From an uncultured Methanobrevibacter sp. (GTDB lineage Archaea; Methanobacteriota; Methanobacteria; Methanobacteriales; Methanobacteriaceae): a stretch of 32,875 nucleotides of DNA. Positions 28,014 to 32,875 of this stretch are shown here, one piece after another. The translations under genes and the position numbers were made by a program. The notes under the pieces are model-generated. The model saw only the letters and a program-made list of their open reading frames with translations, did no database searches and was not told the origin of the DNA. Location of the stretch: positions 1 to 32,875 of the forward strand of contig CAJGDA010000001.1 in the NCBI GenBank assembly GCA_904501935.1, in the 5' to 3' direction. How positions within the stretch are numbered: position 1 is the stretch's first letter; each line of letters begins with the position of its first letter.

Positions 28014-29043
28014 AACTACAAACCTAACAAAAGTTTACGGAAATTTCACGGCTGTTAATTCTCTTAACCTAGAGATTCCGGATAAGAGTATTTTTGGAAT
28101 GCTGGGTCCAAATGGGGCTGGTAAGACAACAACTATAAAAATGCTCACTTGTTTAATTCAACCGACTTCAGGCCAAGCTACCGTTGGGGGATATGATGTT
28201 CAAAAAAATCCTGATGAAGTTAGAAGGCTTTTGGGAATGGTTCCTCAGCAGGTCAGTTTGTACAAGGACTTGACTGTAATGGAAAATTCGCAGATGTGTG
28301 CCGATTATTATGGAGTTCCTGTTGATGAGAGGGATTCCCGTATTGAAGATTTAATGGAATTGGTGGATATTAAATATGCAAAGGACAAGCGAGTAGGCAA
28401 ATTATCCGGCGGTCAAAAGCAAAAGGCTTCACTTGTTGCAAGCCTGGTTCACAGGCCGGACATTCTGTTTTTGGATGAGCCTACAATTGGCCTTGATCCA
28501 ACAACAAAGCGTACCTTATGGGATCTGATTCGTGAATTAAATGACAATGGCCATACTATTATATTATGTTCTCATGACATGCATGAAGTTGATATGCTTT
28601 GTGATAATGTTGGAATCATTAATACAGGCAATTTGGTAGCTTATGATACTCCACAGGGTCTTAAAGATGCTCTTTTGGAAAGCAATAAGAAAGAGATTGC
28701 TGAAGCTTTGGGAAAGATTTCCGACGAGAGTGAAGTGTCTCATTCTACTAAGGAGGATATTCAGAATTTGAGTTTAAGAAAGATGTCTATACTTCTCAAG
28801 GATCAGAATGATGAAATTATTGAAGCTATTAAAAAATTGAAGGATGTAAAAAGTATAGAAATTGCCCGCAATGGCCGTATTAATTTAAGAATCGATAGTT
28901 TTGATGACATGGCTGTTCAAAATGTGTTGAATGACATTAGCTCTTCAGGCGGTATTATTAAGTCAATCTATACTGAAGAGCCATCGCTGGAAGACGTGTT
29001 TATCAAATCAACATCAGAGGTGAATGAAGATGATAGAGCCTAA
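27997..29043 (+). CDS. ABC-2 (DrrA-like) exporter ATP-binding protein
   Basis: GPNGAGKTT, LSGGQ, FLDEPT.GLDP, SH; C-terminal PSLEDVF. Confidence 0.93.
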   Translation: MKNAIETTNLTKVYGNFTAVNSLNLEIPDKSIFGMLGPNGAGKTTTIKMLTCLIQPTSGQATVGGYDVQKNPDEVRRLLGMVPQQVSLYKDLTVMENSQMCADYYGVPVDERDSRIEDLMELVDIKYAKDKRVGKLSGGQKQKASLVASLVHRPDILFLDEPTIGLDPTTKRTLWDLIRELNDNGHTIILCSHDMHEVDMLCDNVGIINTGNLVAYDTPQGLKDALLESNKKEIAEALGKISDESEVSHSTKEDIQNLSLRKMSILLKDQNDEIIEAIKKLKDVKSIEIARNGRINLRIDSFDDMAVQNVLNDISSSGGIIKSIYTEEPSLEDVFIKSTSEVNEDDRA

Positions 29044-30184
29044 TAAGTTTTGGTGGATGATTAAAAAGGAATTGATTACGCTTAAAAGGCACCCCGCTAG
29101 ACTGGTTTCCATTCTTGCATTTCCGATAATCATGATTTTGCTTTTTGGCTATGGAATGGGCGGTGAAATGACAGACTTGCCGATTGTTGTCGTTTCCCAA
29201 AGCCATGGGGATTTGACCGATTTGACACTTGATACCATTAAAACAACAGAGACTTACCATGTTGTTGAAGTCTTGGACAGTCTGAGTGAAGGCAAAGAGC
29301 GTGTTGATTCGGGAGAAATGAAAGCGGCCATAATACTGCCGCCTGATTATGATGAAAACACGACCCAACAAAAGGGCGTAACGCTTTATATTGACTCATC
29401 AGATCAGATGGCTTCACAGATTCTTGAATCGTCAACCCAAGGCATTTTTTACAGATTGTCAAACATGGTCGCTGCACAAACCAGCGTTTCAACTCAAAAT
29501 GCAAGCATCGAACCGTCAATTTCTCATTCGTTGGATAATTTCAAGGATGACATTAGCCTGCATATCAATAGAATCTATGGAAATATCAAATATATTGACT
29601 TTTTAGTTCCTGCGATTTTGGGAATGACAATAATGATGAGTTGTATGATGGGAATGGGTTCAGCCATTGCAGGTGAACGTGAAACAGGCGAGCTTGCAAG
29701 ACTGTTCATGACACCTACATCAGTTTCAACTGTTATCGGAGGTAAAATTGCTGCAAAGCTTTTAATAGAATTGGTCAGAGCTTTAATATTAATATTCATG
29801 GCAGTATTGTTGTTTAATGTAAGTATTAAGGGTGGTTTTTTAAGGACATTTATCGTTTTAGTGATTGGTGCCCTTTGTTTTGTTGGATTTGGTATCATGC
29901 TGTCTGCAAGAACATCCACTCAGGAAGATTATGCTCAAATTTCACTTCCGTTTTCAATGCCTATGATGTTTGTCTCTGGAGTATTCTATCCAATTGAGAC
30001 AATGCCATGGATTTTACAGAAATTGGCATATATTTTCCCATTGACATATTTGAATGATGCAATGAGAGGGGTAATGCTTAAGGGCCAATCATTAGGTGAT
30101 GTGTGGTTAGATTTAGTGGTTTTATTAGGATTTACTCTTTTATTCTTTATAATAGGGGTAAAAAGATTTAATAGAGATGTATAG
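29024..30184 (+). CDS. ABC-2 type exporter permease
   Basis: N-terminal TM, extracellular domain, ERETGEL..L..TP, SGVFYPIE.MP..LQ..A..FPLTY. Start may be ATG 29030. Confidence 0.9.
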   Translation: MKMIEPNKFWWMIKKELITLKRHPARLVSILAFPIIMILLFGYGMGGEMTDLPIVVVSQSHGDLTDLTLDTIKTTETYHVVEVLDSLSEGKERVDSGEMKAAIILPPDYDENTTQQKGVTLYIDSSDQMASQILESSTQGIFYRLSNMVAAQTSVSTQNASIEPSISHSLDNFKDDISLHINRIYGNIKYIDFLVPAILGMTIMMSCMMGMGSAIAGERETGELARLFMTPTSVSTVIGGKIAAKLLIELVRALILIFMAVLLFNVSIKGGFLRTFIVLVIGALCFVGFGIMLSARTSTQEDYAQISLPFSMPMMFVSGVFYPIETMPWILQKLAYIFPLTYLNDAMRGVMLKGQSLGDVWLDLVVLLGFTLLFFIIGVKRFNRDV

Positions 30185-30194
30185 GAGGTTTAAA

Positions 30195-31400
30195 ATGTAT
30201 AAAAAATTATTTATTGCTTTAATCATTTGTATTTTGTGCTTATCTCCAATTGCTGCTGAAAATTGGAATTCATTTGCAGGCGATGTGACTCACTCAGGCT
30301 ATAGGGATGATAGTTCAGATTTTGTGACTAACTTATGGACTTTTAACATGGAATCTCCAGTGCATTCATCTCCAGCAATATATAAGGACTATGTTTATTT
30401 TGTTTCATCACAAGGAATATTGAAAGCTATTGATATGGAAACCGGAGAAGAGGAATGGGATTTTGATTTGAAGGCAAAGACTAATTCTTCACCTATAATA
30501 AATTCCAATGTATTATATATCGGATGTGAAGATGGCCTTAAGGCTATCGATATCAACAGCCATGAAGTCGTATGGAAATATGACTGCGGCAACGTCGAGT
30601 CAACACCTTTCTTCTATAAGGATGCAGTTTACTTCGGATGTGATGACGGGCATTTATACGGTTTGAATAAAAGTAATGGTAAGGAGATTTTTAATAAAAA
30701 ATTGGACGGCGAGCTAAAATCTTCACCGATTGTAGTTGACGATGACATTTATATCGGTTCTACAAATGGAAAATTATACTCTATAGGAACAGATAAAAAC
30801 AAAAATTGGGATTTCACAACAGGAGATGAAATCCTCTCCTCACCTGGGTTTGTTAATAAAAGTGTCATTTTTGGCTCCAGCGACGGCGATTTATATTGCG
30901 TAAATAAATCAAATGGAGACTTGATTTGGAAAGTTGACTTGAACAACAAGGTTTTGTCTTCTCCAACAATAGATGAACATGACAACAGCATATACATAGG
31001 TTCTGATGAGGGAAATTTAACCTGTCTTGATATTCGTGACGGTACAGTGAAATGGAGTTTTAAAACAGGCGATAAGGTTCAGACAACACCTGCATTAAAG
31101 GACAATTTAATTGCATTCGGATCCAACAATGGTAATTTCTATGTTTTAAACAAGTATACCGGCAAAGAGGAATTCACTTATAATCCGGGCACAATACTGT
31201 TCAATTCACCTATTACCTCTTCAGCCGTAATCAATGGAAACAGTTTGATATTTGGCGATGATTCAGGAAATGCCTATTCATTGAACATCAATAAATATGA
31301 AGTTCCGGGCTCACCGCAGCTGTTCTATTCAATCGCTGCTTTAATAATCGCTATTATAGTAGCTATTGTTGTAATTCGAAAGATTAGGAGTAGAAAGTAA
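30195..31400 (+). CDS. Secreted, membrane-anchored PQQ-type beta-propeller repeat protein
   Basis: Signal peptide (MYKKLFIALII...AA), repeated SSP...YxGSxDGxLY...G...W units, C-terminal TM plus basic tail. GGAGG RBS favours ATG 30195 (ORF track 30177). Confidence 0.85.
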   Translation: MYKKLFIALIICILCLSPIAAENWNSFAGDVTHSGYRDDSSDFVTNLWTFNMESPVHSSPAIYKDYVYFVSSQGILKAIDMETGEEEWDFDLKAKTNSSPIINSNVLYIGCEDGLKAIDINSHEVVWKYDCGNVESTPFFYKDAVYFGCDDGHLYGLNKSNGKEIFNKKLDGELKSSPIVVDDDIYIGSTNGKLYSIGTDKNKNWDFTTGDEILSSPGFVNKSVIFGSSDGDLYCVNKSNGDLIWKVDLNNKVLSSPTIDEHDNSIYIGSDEGNLTCLDIRDGTVKWSFKTGDKVQTTPALKDNLIAFGSNNGNFYVLNKYTGKEEFTYNPGTILFNSPITSSAVINGNSLIFGDDSGNAYSLNINKYEVPGSPQLFYSIAALIIAIIVAIVVIRKIRSRK

Positions 31401-31454
31401 TTTCGACCTTTAAAGTTATTAAGTTTAATTTTTAAATGTTAAATAGGTGGCAAG

Positions 31455-32875
31455 ATGCAAGATATAGAGACAATTAAAAATGAAAATATGAATCTTGCAG
31501 ATAAGATTTATATTTTCGATACTACATTAAGGGATGGTGAGCAGACACCTGGTGTTGCTCTGACTGTTGATGAAAAAATCCAAATTGCCCAAAAGCTTAA
31601 TAATTTGGGCGTAGACAAGATTGAAGTTGGCTTTCCAGCTTCATCCAAAGGAGAAATAGAATCCGCTAAAAGAATTAAGTCACTTGATTTGGAATCTACT
31701 CTTGTCGGTTTGGCACGTTCCCTAAAAGGCGATATAGATGCTGTCCTTGATGCTGACTTGGAGTATATCCATACTTTCATCGGCACTTCCCCGTTGCATC
31801 GCGAATATAAGCTTAAGAAATCCAAGGAAGAAATTGTTCAGGGTGCTGTAGAATCTGTTGAATATGCAAAAGACCATGGTTTGACTGTTGAATTTTCTGC
31901 TGAAGATGCAACCAGGACAGAAAGGGATTATTTGTTTGAAATATTTAATGAGGTTGTTGATGCGGGCGTTGACTTTTTGGATGTTCCGGATACAGTCGGC
32001 ATTTTAACACCAATCATGGCACATGAACTTATAACAGATATTAAAAATAACTTTAAAACTCCTATTAGTGTTCATTTCCACAATGATTTCGGACTTGCTA
32101 CAGCAAATACATTGACAGCTATTGAATGCGGTGCCGATCAGGCCCACGTCACTGTCAATGGTCTAGGTGAAAGGACAGGCAACTGTTCTCTTGAAGAATT
32201 GGTAATGACACTTAAGACAGCTTATAATGTGGATTTGGGTCTGGATACTACAAGGCTATACAGTTTATCCAACCTTGTAGGCCGTCTCACCGGGGTAAAA
32301 ATGCCGGTTAATAAGCCAATTGTTGGGGATAATGCATTTGCCCATGAATCAGGCATTCATGTTCATGGAATTTTAAACAATTCCTCAACTTATGAGCCAA
32401 TATCCCCTGAAATGGTAGGTCACTCTCGCCGTATTGTCTTAGGAAAGCACACAGGAGCCAATGCCTTAAAGTCCAAGCTTAAGGATTATCACATTGATTT
32501 GAATGAAGAGCAATTCTGTAAGGTTTTTGATGAGATTAAATCTTTAGGCGACAGCGGCAAGTGCGTTACTGATGATGATCTGGTGGCAATTGCAATCACC
32601 GAACTTGCTTCAGCCCGTGAAACTCCTATTGAAATTAAGGGCATGAGCATTTCCATGGGAGCTAACGTTTCGCCTACAGCTACTGTAAAGCTGGAGATTG
32701 ACGGCGTTGAAAAGGAAACTGCAAGCACTGGTGTTGGGCCTGTTGATGCAGCTTTAAAAGCTATCGGCACATTGATTCAAGATACACTTAATATTGAGCT
32801 TGAAGAATATAATTTAGAAGCTATCAACGGTGGTACCGATGCTTTGGCAGATGTGTTTGTAATTTGTTCCGACCC
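31455..32875 (+). CDS. leuA: 2-isopropylmalate synthase (LeuA/CimA family), truncated by the window end
   Basis: Not in the ORF track. ATG 31455 after AGGTGG; IYIFDTTLRDGEQTPG, TSPLHREYKLKKSKEEI, EFSAEDATRT, HFHND.G, GERTGN, AFAHESGIH, GKHTG, then the regulatory domain (G.GPVDA). Confidence 0.85.
   Translation, partial: MQDIETIKNENMNLADKIYIFDTTLRDGEQTPGVALTVDEKIQIAQKLNNLGVDKIEVGFPASSKGEIESAKRIKSLDLESTLVGLARSLKGDIDAVLDADLEYIHTFIGTSPLHREYKLKKSKEEIVQGAVESVEYAKDHGLTVEFSAEDATRTERDYLFEIFNEVVDAGVDFLDVPDTVGILTPIMAHELITDIKNNFKTPISVHFHNDFGLATANTLTAIECGADQAHVTVNGLGERTGNCSLEELVMTLKTAYNVDLGLDTTRLYSLSNLVGRLTGVKMPVNKPIVGDNAFAHESGIHVHGILNNSSTYEPISPEMVGHSRRIVLGKHTGANALKSKLKDYHIDLNEEQFCKVFDEIKSLGDSGKCVTDDDLVAIAITELASARETPIEIKGMSISMGANVSPTATVKLEIDGVEKETASTGVGPVDAALKAIGTLIQDTLNIELEEYNLEAINGGTDALADVFVICSD

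Noticed and set aside
29723..29735. Degenerate ORB-like word in the ABC permease (GTTTCAACTGTTA); similar partial match near 24006
   Set aside because: Several mismatches to the consensus and inside coding sequence; expected by chance in AT-rich DNA.
31508..32770. Minus-strand ORFs of 105 and 93 aa
   Set aside because: Antisense to leuA, which the track missed because it has no stop codon within the window.

Overview
AT-rich chromosomal segment of a Methanobacteriales archaeon, most likely Methanobrevibacter. This is inferred from tfrA, an HMf-type histone, the DP1 polymerase subunit, archaeal RibK/RibB, a CfbA/CbiX chelatase and TTACACTTGAAAT origin boxes. It is mostly core genome. It contains the probable replication origin (mini-ORB cluster, ~11750-12310) next to orc1/cdc6, plus cobalamin/F430, pyrB, hisG, gatA, leuA and riboflavin genes, two class III (type IV pilin-like) signal-peptide genes and a PadR-ABC-2-beta-propeller module. 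Highlights: (1) a complete FMN riboswitch behind an archaeal TATA promoter upstream of ribB, with a readable translational expression platform; (2) a low-GC Rpn/YhgA-like nuclease gene between ribK and that riboswitch, with a strong internal RBS+ATG that would make a 67-aa C-terminal protein (gene-within-gene toxin/antitoxin-like); (3) three perfect origin boxes outside the origin; (4) a histone variant lacking the tetramer-interface His; (5) a small RHH gene missing from the ORF track. All protein calls come from motif recognition by eye; no database searches were run.
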